A DNA stretch of 64,000 nucleotides from an uncultured Acidimicrobiales bacterium (GCA_964610745.1 CAZSYL010000001.1:43281-107280); one strand, 5' to 3'; positions 8,064-18,329 are shown, counted from the first letter of the stretch. Translations and numbers: made by a program. Notes: generated from the sequence alone by a model not told the origin.

Positions 8064-10889
8064 CTAGTCCTGAAGTCTGGGAAAACGAGCACGCAATTCG
8101 ATCGCGAATTGACCGGGGTTGTTCTTCCACATCGTTTGGTACGCGTCGGCAGTTCTCCAGCCCAAACGGCGCAATGAGAGTTCCCGGTCGATGTGCACCT
8201 CCGCCTCTGGGCCCCGTGGGCCGCAATCGATCGCCACCGCGTGCGCACCTCGTCCCGCCACCACATCGACGACGTGGCGTCCCACTCGGTAGCCGACGCG
8301 AACAGGAATGCCCTGGTCGGTCAGCGCATCGGCAACCCGACGGACCCATGGATCTCGTATCTCCACGTCCGCGGTGAGGTCGCTCAGTGGTTCGGCCCAC
8401 TGCACGTACTCCCCCGCCAGACCGGGCGGCTCTGACCTCGACGTGACGACGACAAGTTCTTTCCGAGCTCGGGTCACCATGACGTTAAAGAGATTCCGCT
8501 GATTCACAAAGCGCCATGCTGAATCAGCTTCCTCTGCACCGACGGCAAGAGACGCGACCAACACGTCGCGCTCGTCGCCCTGATAGCTGTGAACAGTGCC
8601 GACCCTCAGTCCGTACGCGTCGATCTCTTCGAGTCGGTACTTCTCCAGAATCGCTTGCTCGATCGCATCGGCCTGAGCCCGAAACGGCGAGATTAGCCCG
8701 ATGCTGCGCGAACCAGTCGCCGCATACTGCTCGACCAACCGAAGGCACTCCCCGACCTCGACTTGATTGACTCTGTTCGTGTCTCGAGAACCGTCAACGA
8801 CTGCAACATGGATATGGTCAGCGGCCTCATTTGCTGGATGACGGGTTGCCACATGCAGTTCGCCGCCGTAGAAGCGCCGCGACGAGAACTCGATCAGGTG
8901 TGGGACGGAGCGAAAGTGCTCATCGAGAACCTCGACCGGCACCTGTGCGGCAGCAATATCGAACGTCGAGACGCTACGTGGATTGAGGAGAGCGGGGTCG
9001 GTCTGGAAACGTTTCGCCGCGCTCTCGACAACTTCATTGCTCACATATGAGGTATGACCAAGTTGATTTGGATCGCCGCATACCACCGTCCGTTTCGCCC
9101 GCACCAAAGCGTTAGCCGCGTTCATCTGATCGATCTGCGCCGCCTCATCGAGGATTGCAATGTCGAAGAGTCCAGCCACCTCGGGGAGGACTTCGTCAAC
9201 GTCACGTACGGACCCGACCCATAGTGGTGCAGCGCGAGTGAGCGCTCCCGGGTCGAGAGCTGCGAGCGCTCGTCGGCGAGCACTCCGATTCGTCGCGACC
9301 GCGCTCGAGATCTGGGCGAGCGTACGTTTCTCGTCGCGCCCAAGACCAGAGATCCATTGATCGGTCAACTGACGCCCGCGCAACTTCGCGGCCTGGTCTT
9401 CTTTGCTCGCCAGGTCGTCTAACCGGGGCGTCAACGACATACCTCCAGCCGCGATCAACCGAAGCGCATCACGTTTCCTCGTGAGCTCGTCGAGCCGGAC
9501 GTGGGGATCGTCGGTCGGACCGAGACGGCCCCGTAACAGAGCGAGACGTTTCCGGTGACCGAACTTGAAGAACCCCGGGTTGGCTGCGCGTTCCACTTCG
9601 AGTCGGAGCTCGTCGAGGTCGCCAGCACGGTCGAGTTCGGCCACAACCTCGATGCGATAGCTCGGGTCCCGCTCGACTTCGAGTGCCTCCAGTTCCAATT
9701 GCAGCGATCGGCTCGCCGACGTCAACCCGCGAGAATGGTCGTCGCTCGCTGCCGTTGACCGACCGGGCACATCGTTGCGCGAGATCAGTTCAGACAGTTC
9801 CGCGGCAAGACGATTTCCGTGCCGGGACCCGCCAAAGGTCACCGGTGTTGGACCAGGAGTAGCCGAAAAGTGTTCGACTAGAACGTCGACCGCATGCGGC
9901 GACCCGGCAACCACTAAGACAGATTCGCCTCGGGCGACGGCATCGCGGGCCACGACCGACAGCACATGCGATTTGCCCGTTCCGGGAGCACCCGAAATGA
10001 CCGCCACATCACTTCCGCCCGCCCGACCAGCGACCGCTCGCTGCCGAAGGCTCAGCGGACGAAGACGTATGACCTCGCGTTCGCGAACAGGCTCGATCTC
10101 ACCCTCCCCATACACCTTGCCAAACGCGGTGTCTTCTAGGCCTTGCAGCATTGAAAGGCTGAGCAGACTCGACTTGCGAGTTCCGGCGCTGGCTGGCTTA
10201 TCCAGGTAGAGGCCGCACCCCAGGTGCATGCTGATTCCCTGCTTGCTGCGCTCGGCCGTCGGCGTGCTCGCGTGAGCGGGGAAGGTGTGAGAAACTTCGA
10301 TGCCCACGGCTTTGGCCACTTCGCTGGACCATGTAAGCAAATCCTCAGAAGCGTCGGACAGCTTTCCGCCGTCGACGGGTGCACCTTCCAGCAGAGCGTC
10401 CTCTAGGTCGTCATCTCTAACGAGCGATGTGATTTCAATATCACCAGCCCTGATCAGTCGGCTTTGACTCGAACCCGTGAGTGATCTCAGCACGCCCACA
10501 GCGGCCTCGGCGGTGGTGTCTGCCGCAACAAAGTCCCTGGTCATCGGCACGCTCATCGCCGGAAAACAGAACTGGGTACTTTCGCCTTCGACATCGACGA
10601 CGCCGGCGAACCACACGCATCCAAGGCGAATCAGCTGTTCGCCCGGATGCAGCGCGGCCTTGGACAGCAGCCGCCGCATCGGTCGCTGAAACGCGGCGGA
10701 AATAGACGAAAGTCCATCGGCCGACTTCCACGGTTCGATGGAGCCATCCCCATAAGCCCCTGGATCGAAGAATCCCAGGGCAGCGTCGGTGAGCCAGGTA
10801 AACGTGTCTGCGGCCACCAAATCGGTTCTCACGCCCGGTCCGCCACCTGACATGGCTGCGAGTGTCCGCAAGACATCTTCAGATTTCAC
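8064..10889 (-). CDS. SF1 (DNA2/NAM7/UPF1-like) helicase with C-terminal Vsr/MTES_1575-like domain, paralog A
   Basis: GAPGTGKS, DEAAQ, GDPNQL, EHFRS, ISPFRAQ, TVHSYQGDE, FNVMVTRAR; C-terminal VGYRVGRHVVDV...AIDC...LRRLGW. Confidence 0.85.
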   Translation of the reverse strand: MKSEDVLRTLAAMSGGGPGVRTDLVAADTFTWLTDAALGFFDPGAYGDGSIEPWKSADGLSSISAAFQRPMRRLLSKAALHPGEQLIRLGCVWFAGVVDVEGESTQFCFPAMSVPMTRDFVAADTTAEAAVGVLRSLTGSSQSRLIRAGDIEITSLVRDDDLEDALLEGAPVDGGKLSDASEDLLTWSSEVAKAVGIEVSHTFPAHASTPTAERSKQGISMHLGCGLYLDKPASAGTRKSSLLSLSMLQGLEDTAFGKVYGEGEIEPVREREVIRLRPLSLRQRAVAGRAGGSDVAVISGAPGTGKSHVLSVVARDAVARGESVLVVAGSPHAVDVLVEHFSATPGPTPVTFGGSRHGNRLAAELSELISRNDVPGRSTAASDDHSRGLTSASRSLQLELEALEVERDPSYRIEVVAELDRAGDLDELRLEVERAANPGFFKFGHRKRLALLRGRLGPTDDPHVRLDELTRKRDALRLIAAGGMSLTPRLDDLASKEDQAAKLRGRQLTDQWISGLGRDEKRTLAQISSAVATNRSARRRALAALDPGALTRAAPLWVGSVRDVDEVLPEVAGLFDIAILDEAAQIDQMNAANALVRAKRTVVCGDPNQLGHTSYVSNEVVESAAKRFQTDPALLNPRSVSTFDIAAAQVPVEVLDEHFRSVPHLIEFSSRRFYGGELHVATRHPANEAADHIHVAVVDGSRDTNRVNQVEVGECLRLVEQYAATGSRSIGLISPFRAQADAIEQAILEKYRLEEIDAYGLRVGTVHSYQGDERDVLVASLAVGAEEADSAWRFVNQRNLFNVMVTRARKELVVVTSRSEPPGLAGEYVQWAEPLSDLTADVEIRDPWVRRVADALTDQGIPVRVGYRVGRHVVDVVAGRGAHAVAIDCGPRGPEAEVHIDRELSLRRLGWRTADAYQTMWKNNPGQFAIELRARFPRLQD

Positions 10890-10969
10890 GCCCGGCCCTC
10901 GTCCTCACCGGCGTTGTCGTCTTTGCGTGCCCTATCAGCCGATGTTGCATCCAGATCCAGAATAGGTCG

Positions 10970-13579
10970 CTAGTACCGCAGCGGCGAACTTTGAGTCAGC
11001 GCGGAGAGTTCTGCGACCAACTCATCCAAACGACCGTCCCAAGCAGACCGGAAGGCGTCGGCGGTCACCCAACCCGTCCGCCGCAGAGTGAGTGCGCGAT
11101 CGATGTGCGCGGACGGGCCATCGGTGTGTGGAATACAATCCACAGCAACAGCAGACTTCCGACCTCCGATGACGAGATCGACGATGTGGCGCCCCGCGCG
11201 ATAGCCGGTACGCACTGGGATCCCTGAGGAGCGAAAGGCATCGGCCACCTGTCGGGTCCATGGATCGGCAACATCTTCGTCGCGGACGAGATCGACCAAT
11301 GGCTCCGTCCAGCGAACGTACTCGCCCGCCAATCCGGGTGGAGCCGAGGATGACGTAATCAAGGTCGAGTGGAACCGGGAGCGAGTCACCATCACGTTGA
11401 AAAAGCGCGGATCGTTCACCACGGTCCAGGCCGAGTCTTCCTCGCCACTACCAACACCAAGCGAGATGATCATCTGGTCCCGTTCGCGCCCTTGAAACTG
11501 GTTGATATCGCCGACGAGAATTCCGAACTTCGCGATATCTTTCGGCGAGTACCGTTCCTGAACGGCAGCGTTAAGCGACGCAGCCTGCGCAGGGAATGGC
11601 GTAACCAGCCCAATGCTCCGGTCGCCCACTTCGACATACCGCTCGAGCACACGAAGGCATGCCTCGACCTCCACCCGATTCACGCCGTCGGGCGCTCGCT
11701 CGCCATCGACGATCACCAGGTCGATGTGGTCCGCTGCTTCATTGGCGGGGTTTCGAGTCGCGGTGAATAGTCCACCGTCATAGAAGCGTCGGGAAGAGAA
11801 CTCGATCAGATGCGGCGCCGAACGAAAGTGCTCATCGAGAACCTCGACCGGGACTTTGGCAGCAACCGCATCGAACAACGATTGGTTCTGCACGTCGAAC
11901 TTCACCTTCGACGTGCGGTGTTTTTTCATTGCTTCAGCGAGTTGTGCATCTGTCGGAGCCCGGTCGATCCCGATCTGGGCCGGGTCGCCGCATACCAAAG
12001 CCCGACGTGCGCGCACGAGGACGTTGGCCGCGCGCACCTGATCGATCTGTGAAGCCTCGTCGAAGATCACAAGGTCGAACATCGCCAGGTAGGGCGGCAG
12101 TACATCATCGACGTCGTCGATGGAACCAACCCAAAGTGGGAGCGCCGCGGTAAGGACCTTTGGAATGAACCACCCGAACTCGCGCCGTCGCTCAACCAAC
12201 GAAAGCTCAGCTATTTCGCCGATCTTGCTCAGAACCTTCTTGCGAGGCTTGTCGAGGGTTTCAATCCAATGGTCGGTGAGTAGTTCTCCGGCAACACGAG
12301 CAGCCTCGCCTTCACCAGCGACGAGATCATCGAGAGCTATGTCGAGCGAATCTCCGAGGACCTTCTCGTAGGCGCTAGCGGTCGGGTCGACAACATTGTC
12401 TTCGTAGAGCGAAGCAATCGCGTTTCGGATCGCCTGTCGCTTTTCATCGTGTGCAGCGGCGCTAGCTGATTCTTCAGAAGTGACACCGGCTGATCGAGCG
12501 ATGCGTTCAGCGACCCGAGCGAGCTCCTTGCTGAGCTTGGTTGCATACTGTGCCCCGCCGAAAGCCACCGGCGGAGGTCCTGGCGTATCGAAGAAGTGTT
12601 CGAGGAGCGCATCCACTGCGTGGGCTGAGCCTGCAACGACTAGCACCGATTCACCTCGGGCCACCGCGTCCGCAGCGATCGCGGAAATGATGTGAGTCTT
12701 GCCTGTTCCTGGAGCACCGGACAGCGCCGCGAGCGGAGCGCCGGCGATCCTCTCAGCAATGGTGCGCTGACGTTCGCTGAGCGGCCGAAAGGCCATCAAC
12801 GGCTGACCGGAGCGGTCGGGCTCATCAGGTTCCCGATCAGACTTTGCGCCGTACAAGGTGTTGAACGCAGTGCCACCTACCGACGACAGACCGTCGAGCG
12901 CATTGAGGTCGAAGCCGGCGTTGTCAAAGGCTGACTTCTTTATCCCATATCCACCGTCGACGAGCACCGTCCCGATATGTGCGGAGATCGTGTCCTTGTC
13001 AATGTGCGACGCCGGGCTGTCGTAGCGAATCTCCGAGACCTCAAACCCACTCGCTCTCGCAAAGTCATCGATCCAGGCACGCAAGGCCTTCTCGTCCTTG
13101 ACCCACTTCGACGGTGAGGTGAGCCGGCCGAACCGAAGATGTCTTGTCGTGTTCCAACCGAGCTCAGTGGTCAGCCGCCGCGCCAGTTCCCGTTTGGCAT
13201 TGCCCGAAACAACGCCGGCGAGGACAGGCTCCTCGAGGTTCCCGATTGAGGTCGTAGTGCCAGGGGGACGTCCAAGTCGCACCGTGACCGCCGGAAAACA
13301 GACGCGCTGGATCTCGGAATCAATCGTGACCGTACCAGCGAACCAGATCCACCCGAGCGAAGTTATTCGCCGGCTGAGCCCCCGTTTGAGCACAACGAAC
13401 TCCGGATAGGAGAAGGCCTGTCGACCGGTGGACGCAAACGTTTCACCCAGATCGTCGAGAGCAAAAAAGTAACCGGGCGCCACGCCCGCGTTCGACAACG
13501 ACGCAAGCGTCCGGAAGACGTCGACGGTCGTGACCGGCTCGGCGTTCTCGAAGGCCTCGCGCAGCTTCTCGAACGCCAT
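10970..13579 (-). CDS. SF1 helicase with C-terminal Vsr/MTES_1575-like domain, paralog B
   Basis: GAPGTGKT, DEASQ, GDPAQI, EHFRS, VTPFPAQ, QFQGRE, FNVMVTRSR; C-terminal TGYRAGRHIVDL...AVDC...LRRTGW. Confidence 0.85.
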   Translation of the reverse strand: MAFEKLREAFENAEPVTTVDVFRTLASLSNAGVAPGYFFALDDLGETFASTGRQAFSYPEFVVLKRGLSRRITSLGWIWFAGTVTIDSEIQRVCFPAVTVRLGRPPGTTTSIGNLEEPVLAGVVSGNAKRELARRLTTELGWNTTRHLRFGRLTSPSKWVKDEKALRAWIDDFARASGFEVSEIRYDSPASHIDKDTISAHIGTVLVDGGYGIKKSAFDNAGFDLNALDGLSSVGGTAFNTLYGAKSDREPDEPDRSGQPLMAFRPLSERQRTIAERIAGAPLAALSGAPGTGKTHIISAIAADAVARGESVLVVAGSAHAVDALLEHFFDTPGPPPVAFGGAQYATKLSKELARVAERIARSAGVTSEESASAAAHDEKRQAIRNAIASLYEDNVVDPTASAYEKVLGDSLDIALDDLVAGEGEAARVAGELLTDHWIETLDKPRKKVLSKIGEIAELSLVERRREFGWFIPKVLTAALPLWVGSIDDVDDVLPPYLAMFDLVIFDEASQIDQVRAANVLVRARRALVCGDPAQIGIDRAPTDAQLAEAMKKHRTSKVKFDVQNQSLFDAVAAKVPVEVLDEHFRSAPHLIEFSSRRFYDGGLFTATRNPANEAADHIDLVIVDGERAPDGVNRVEVEACLRVLERYVEVGDRSIGLVTPFPAQAASLNAAVQERYSPKDIAKFGILVGDINQFQGRERDQMIISLGVGSGEEDSAWTVVNDPRFFNVMVTRSRFHSTLITSSSAPPGLAGEYVRWTEPLVDLVRDEDVADPWTRQVADAFRSSGIPVRTGYRAGRHIVDLVIGGRKSAVAVDCIPHTDGPSAHIDRALTLRRTGWVTADAFRSAWDGRLDELVAELSALTQSSPLRY

Positions 13580-13601
13580 ATGCTGCCCTATCCGCGTCGC
13601 A

Positions 13602-15452
13602 TCATCGTCGCAGTTGCGACACGTCGCGCACAGCGCCTCGGTCGGCCGAAGTGGTCATGGCGGCATAGGCCTGCAGTGCTTGGCTCACCACGCGATCACG
13701 GTCGACGGGCGTGTATGCGTCCTCCCCGCGTTCCTCTTGTGCGTGACGGCGTTCGGCCAGCACGTCGTAGGGAACATCGAGGGTGATCGAGCGATGCGGA
13801 ATGTCGAAGGTGATCATGTCGCCATCTTCGACGAGCGCGATCAGTCCGCCATCGGCAGCTTCTGGAGAACAGTGTCCGACCGACAGGCCCGATGTTCCCC
13901 CCGAGAAGCGTCCGTCGGTGAGGAGCGCACAAACGTCGCCGAGGCCACGACTCTTGATGTACGTCGTCGGGTACAGCATCTCCTGCATACCCGGGCCACC
14001 CTTGGGTCCCTCGTAGCGCACGACGATGACGTCGCCCGCCTGTGCTTCTTCGAGCACGCCCACCATCGCGTCTTCTTGTGACTCATAGACACGGGCGGGA
14101 CCGCTGAACTTCCAGATCGATTCGTCGACGCCCGCAGTCTTGACGATGCAACCGTCTTCGGCGAGATTGCCAAAGAGCACGGCGAGTCCGCCTTCTTCGG
14201 AGTAGGCGTGCTCAGCATCTCGGATACACCCGTTCGAACGATCGTCATCGAGGGTGTCCCAGCGGGTTGCCTGGCTGAATGCGACCTGAGTTGGAATTCC
14301 CGCTGGGCCTGCACGCCAGAAGGTCTTGACCTCTTCGGACGGATCGAGCGCGATGTCCCATTGGTTGAGCGCCTCATTCCAGTCGTTCGCGTGGATCAGC
14401 GATGTCGAAGTATCGATGATTCCGCCTCGGGCCAGTTCGCCCATGATCGCAGGGATACCGCCGGCTCGATGCACATCCTCGACGTGGTACTGCTCGACCG
14501 ATGGTGCAACCTTGCACAAGTTCGGCACCCGGCGGCTCAGCTCGTCGATGTCGCTCATGGTGAAATCGACTTCGCCCTCTTCGGCCGCGGCGAGCAAGTG
14601 GAGGATCGTGTTTGTCGACCCGCCCATCGCAATATCGAGTGCCATGGCGTTGGTGAATGCGGTCTTGGTGGCGACGCTGCGCGGCAGGACCGAGTCGTCA
14701 CCCTTTTCGTAGTAGCGCTTCGAGATGTCGACGATAAGGCGGCCCGCCTCGAGGAACAGCCGTTCGCGGTCCGCGTGCGTGGCGAGCGTCGTGCCGTTGC
14801 CGGGTAGCGACAAGCCGAGCGCTTCGGTCAGGCAGTTCATCGAGTTCGCAGTGAACATGCCAGAGCAGGAACCGCAGGTTGGGCAGGCGGAACGCTCGAT
14901 GTTGAGCACGTCATCGTCGCTGACCCGAGTGTCGGCGGCCTTCATCATCGCGTCGACAAGGTCGACCTTGACCTCAACGCCAGCGAGTTTGGTCTTGCCC
15001 GCTTCCATTGGACCACCTGAGACAAAGACCGCTGGAACATTGAGTCGCATCGCGGCCATGAGCATTCCTGGCGTGATCTTGTCGCAATTCGAGATGCAGA
15101 CGATGGCGTCGGCTTTGTGGCCGTTGACCATGTACTCGACGGCGTCCGCGATGAGCTCACGACTCGGGAGGCTGTAGAGCATCCCGGAGTGACCCATTGC
15201 AATACCGTCGTCGACGGCGATCGTGTTGAACTCTTTGGCTACGCCGCCGGCGGCTTCGATCTCCCGAGCGACGAGTTGGCCCATGTCCTTCAGGTGCACG
15301 TGGCCAGGAACGAACTGGGTGAAGCTGTTCGCCACTGCAATGATCGGCTTGTTGTCGAAGTCTTCGTCGGTCATGCCGGTCGCACGCCAGAGCGCCCGTG
15401 CGCCCGCCATGTTGCGACCACCGGTTGATTCGTGTGAGCGATAGTTGGCCAT
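13602..15452 (-). CDS. ilvD: Dihydroxy-acid dehydratase
   Basis: [65 protein letters not shown]. Confidence 0.97.
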   Translation of the reverse strand: MANYRSHESTGGRNMAGARALWRATGMTDEDFDNKPIIAVANSFTQFVPGHVHLKDMGQLVAREIEAAGGVAKEFNTIAVDDGIAMGHSGMLYSLPSRELIADAVEYMVNGHKADAIVCISNCDKITPGMLMAAMRLNVPAVFVSGGPMEAGKTKLAGVEVKVDLVDAMMKAADTRVSDDDVLNIERSACPTCGSCSGMFTANSMNCLTEALGLSLPGNGTTLATHADRERLFLEAGRLIVDISKRYYEKGDDSVLPRSVATKTAFTNAMALDIAMGGSTNTILHLLAAAEEGEVDFTMSDIDELSRRVPNLCKVAPSVEQYHVEDVHRAGGIPAIMGELARGGIIDTSTSLIHANDWNEALNQWDIALDPSEEVKTFWRAGPAGIPTQVAFSQATRWDTLDDDRSNGCIRDAEHAYSEEGGLAVLFGNLAEDGCIVKTAGVDESIWKFSGPARVYESQEDAMVGVLEEAQAGDVIVVRYEGPKGGPGMQEMLYPTTYIKSRGLGDVCALLTDGRFSGGTSGLSVGHCSPEAADGGLIALVEDGDMITFDIPHRSITLDVPYDVLAERRHAQEERGEDAYTPVDRDRVVSQALQAYAAMTTSADRGAVRDVSQLRR

Positions 15453-15461
15453 ATTCGAATT

Positions 15462-15812
15462 CTAGGGTAGTGCCACCTCGTTGACCTCGGTCGGCGCGTC
15501 CTGGTCGGCTCCTCCGTTCGGTGGAGATGGCTGGAGTAACCCTTGAAGTGCTTCTGCGTGAGCGTTGAGTGCAATCGCACCTTCGCTGGTCATGGCAAAC
15601 CAGGAGGTCCGGGTCTTGCCCTTCCCCGTCCGAGTTGAGGTGGCATAGCCCGCGTCGGTAAGCACCTTCAGCTGCTTCGAAAGGTCGGAGTCACTCAGCT
15701 GCAGCTGGTCACGAAGATAGCCAAACTCCACCTTCTTCGCTGCCGACAGGATTCCCATTGCGGCCAACCGCTTCGGCACAGTGAGGTGTGGGTCGAGGTC
15801 TTCGAGGCTCAT
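15462..15812 (-). CDS. Winged-helix transcriptional regulator (MarR/ArsR-like)
   Basis: LDPHLTVPKRLAAMGIL...EFGYLRDQLQLSDSDLSKQLKVLTDAGY; ATG at 15812 overlaps upstream stop (ATGA). Confidence 0.8.
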   Translation of the reverse strand: MSLEDLDPHLTVPKRLAAMGILSAAKKVEFGYLRDQLQLSDSDLSKQLKVLTDAGYATSTRTGKGKTRTSWFAMTSEGAIALNAHAEALQGLLQPSPPNGGADQDAPTEVNEVALP

Positions 15813-16267
15813 GAGCCGACCAACTGAACTCGTCGACGTTTCAGCATCAGTCGTTGCACCGAGAAGACCGCTACGGTGAACGCGAATCCAACGATTGCCC
15901 CCACTGGGGCGAGTTCGAAGCCCAACCATTCTGGGCGAAGAACAGCAACGACCCAGTACGCCGCAGCTGTGCCGAGTGCGATCAGGTTCGACATGAGTCG
16001 CCGTCGGCCTAAACGAGCACCGGCCAGCGGTTCGATTCGCCGGCTTTGCACCTCGTGGAAAGAGATGACAGCGCTGATCAGGGGCCCAACGACACTACCG
16101 AGCGGAAAATCACCGCTGAAGAACAAGGCGAATGAAGTGAACATGACCGCTGTCGCAGGAACCTGCCACCACGGTCCAGCATCGAAGAACAAGTCCGCTC
16201 GAGCTGTTGACTGAGCCCGACCCAGCGCTGCAAGTGCCGCCTCGGGATCTACGTTGCCCACACTCAC
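15809..16267 (-). CDS. Hypothetical membrane protein (about 4 TM)
   Basis: 152-aa ORF with hydrophobic segments, translationally coupled to the regulator. Confidence 0.7.
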   Translation of the reverse strand: MSVGNVDPEAALAALGRAQSTARADLFFDAGPWWQVPATAVMFTSFALFFSGDFPLGSVVGPLISAVISFHEVQSRRIEPLAGARLGRRRLMSNLIALGTAAAYWVVAVLRPEWLGFELAPVGAIVGFAFTVAVFSVQRLMLKRRRVQLVGS

Positions 16268-16362
16268 GTCGCAGCCACCCGACGTCTATCGGCAAGTCGG
16301 CCAAGGCCAACTCGCATCCACGAGATCTGCCCGTTGTGTTGAGTCTCGTTTGTATTTTCCAT
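16264..16362 (-). CDS. Putative 32-aa leaderless small protein MENTNETQHNGQISWMRVGLGRLADRRRVAAT
   Basis: ATG 6 nt after TAAGTT of a TTGACG-N17-TAAGTT promoter; its TGA overlaps the GTG of the next gene (GTGA); below the ORF-track cutoff. Confidence 0.55.
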   Translation of the reverse strand: MENTNETQHNGQISWMRVGLGRLADRRRVAAT

Positions 16363-16397
16363 ACTGGAAACTTACCCATAACTTTCCAGTTCGTCAA
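16354..16397 (-). promoter_or_regulatory. Sigma-A-type promoter (TTGACG-N17-TAAGTT) overlapped by palindromic operator
   Basis: -35 at 16392-16397, -10 at 16369-16374; inverted repeats TTTCCA-tac-TGGAAA (16356-16370) and ACTGGAAA-N12-TTTCCAGT (16363-16390). Confidence 0.7.
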
Positions 16398-16445
16398 GTA
16401 CAAGTTGTTGTCCATCTTCTCGAGGTTCGGTACTAGGTTCAACGG

Positions 16446-17375
16446 ATGCGTAAGTTCCTGATCGATACCGACACCGCTAGCGACGACGCGGTGGCCATGT
16501 GTATGGCATTCCGCCATCCCGACATCGACGTCGTTGCGTGCACGGTCGTGGCAGGCAATGTGCCGCTCGATCAGGCTGTGCAAAACGCGTTGTATACCGG
16601 CGAGCTTTGTGGCGCTGATGTACCGATCTACGCCGGCGCCCCGGGCCCGATGCTTCGGGACCTCGGCACAGCTCAGGACGTACACGGCGAAGACGGGTTG
16701 GGCGACATTGGCCTGCCCCTATCGGGCCGCACGCCTGCGGTTGGCTGGGGTCCCCAGGTCATCATCGATACGATTCGCGCTCACCCTGGCGAGATAACCC
16801 TCGTTGCGATCGGTCCACTCACCAACGTGGCCATAGCGTTGCTGATGGCACCCGATATCGCGACGCTCGTCGAACGGGTGGTGATCATGGGCGGGACGGG
16901 AGAACATGGTCCCGGTAACGTCTCCCCGAGCGCTGAGTTCAACTTCTGGGTCGACCCCGAAGCAGTGCGCGTCGTGCTGCGCTCTGGAATGCCCCTCGAA
17001 TTCGTTGGCTGGGACATCTCCATCACCAGCGCGGTTGTGACGAACGAACGCCAGGACCAACTCCGGTCGCTCGGCGAGCTCGGCAACTTCGCCGTCGATA
17101 TTCAAGCCACCCTCCAGAACTATGCATGGGAGGAGACGAGACTGGCCGGGCCAGACTTCCCTGACCCGATCGCGATGGCACACGCGATCGACCCGTCGCC
17201 TGCGACGATGGAACATCTCGGCGTCGATATCGCAATCGGCCCTGAACCCATGCGCGGCACGATCATCGTCGACCACTACGGGTTCGCGCAGATTCCAAAG
17301 AACGTGCACGTTGTTGCGGACTATCCAGAGGACGCGTTCTTCACCATGCTCTACGACCTGCTCGGCGACCGTTAG
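16446..17375 (+). CDS. Nucleoside hydrolase (inosine/uridine-preferring family)
   Basis: DTDTASDDAVA (DxDxxxDD), HGEDGLGD, IGPLTN, AEFNFWVDPEA. Confidence 0.92.
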   Translation: MRKFLIDTDTASDDAVAMCMAFRHPDIDVVACTVVAGNVPLDQAVQNALYTGELCGADVPIYAGAPGPMLRDLGTAQDVHGEDGLGDIGLPLSGRTPAVGWGPQVIIDTIRAHPGEITLVAIGPLTNVAIALLMAPDIATLVERVVIMGGTGEHGPGNVSPSAEFNFWVDPEAVRVVLRSGMPLEFVGWDISITSAVVTNERQDQLRSLGELGNFAVDIQATLQNYAWEETRLAGPDFPDPIAMAHAIDPSPATMEHLGVDIAIGPEPMRGTIIVDHYGFAQIPKNVHVVADYPEDAFFTMLYDLLGDR

Positions 17376-17385
17376 GGCACTCCGG

Positions 17386-17565
17386 TTAGTCGAGGTGGCC
17401 GTTCATGCGACGGAACTTCTCGTCGAGGTCTTGAGCCTCGACGCGCGCCATTTTGGCGAAGCTGGCCTCGACCAGCTGTTGGAGGAGCCGGTTCAGGGCT
17501 ACGCCGCCGAGCGTGAGGGAAATTGCCAACAACATCATCGCCGCCACGAACTCGATCAGCATCAT
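17386..17565 (-). CDS. Small hypothetical single-TM protein (59 aa)
   Basis: MMLIEFVAAMMLLAISLTLGG hydrophobic start followed by an amphipathic tail; AT-rich upstream region. Confidence 0.5.
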   Translation of the reverse strand: MMLIEFVAAMMLLAISLTLGGVALNRLLQQLVEASFAKMARVEAQDLDEKFRRMNGHLD

Positions 17566-17620
17566 GCTTTTGTTATCGGTCCGTAATGAAAAAGTTAAAC
17601 AACCTTTTTTGAGTATTTCG

Positions 17621-18328
17621 TCACTGTTCGGCTGACAAGCGAGACCGAGAAGAATCACACACCCACCTTTGATGGGCGGCGTTGGTCACGAAATTCTCGA
17701 TCACCGAGCTCGCGGTGGCGAATCCGCGCTGCGGATCGTCGGTGGTGTGTCCAAAGATCACGCCGAGCAACACCCCGTCGGTGCTCCACACACCTGCGCC
17801 GCTATCTCCATCGGTGCTGACGAGATCGAGCGAGAACGCCTCCCGTTCGTGGCGTTCTGAGCCCAGTACCTCCTGGATCCGGATCGGGCGGACCTCGACG
17901 ATCGATGTCGTCATGTCCACACCGACATCGGCAGCCTGGCTCGTGGACACGACGACCTCCTCGCCGATAACAGCCTGACCGTAGAGAAGTGTTCCCTGCT
18001 GATCGGGTACATCAGGTGCGGTCAGCTCCACGAGCCCCAGGTCGTTCTCGACGTCGAGAGCTACAACAGAGCCAGCGAACGGGGCACCGTCGACCACGAC
18101 GTCTATCCGATCGCTCTGACCCACGACGTGCCCAGATACGAGCACTCGTCCATCGTCGAGAATGATGCCCGTCCCCGCCGTTTCTTCAGCGAAGCCGCAT
18201 CCGCTGACCGAAATCGGAACGGTCCGCTCCGATGGAATGAGGCCCACGACCGCCTCATCGGTGGTCGCGCTCCTCGCGCACGAGGTCGCGAGGAGCCCCA
18301 CGGCCAAGAGAGCCATGACGAACCTCAT
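17621..18328 (-). CDS. Trypsin-like (S1) serine protease lipoprotein
   Basis: Lipobox LLATSC; catalytic triad motifs VSGHVV, NDLGLV, GDSGAG. Confidence 0.8.
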   Translation of the reverse strand: MRFVMALLAVGLLATSCARSATTDEAVVGLIPSERTVPISVSGCGFAEETAGTGIILDDGRVLVSGHVVGQSDRIDVVVDGAPFAGSVVALDVENDLGLVELTAPDVPDQQGTLLYGQAVIGEEVVVSTSQAADVGVDMTTSIVEVRPIRIQEVLGSERHEREAFSLDLVSTDGDSGAGVWSTDGVLLGVIFGHTTDDPQRGFATASSVIENFVTNAAHQRWVCDSSRSRLSAEQ

Positions 18329-18329
18329 G

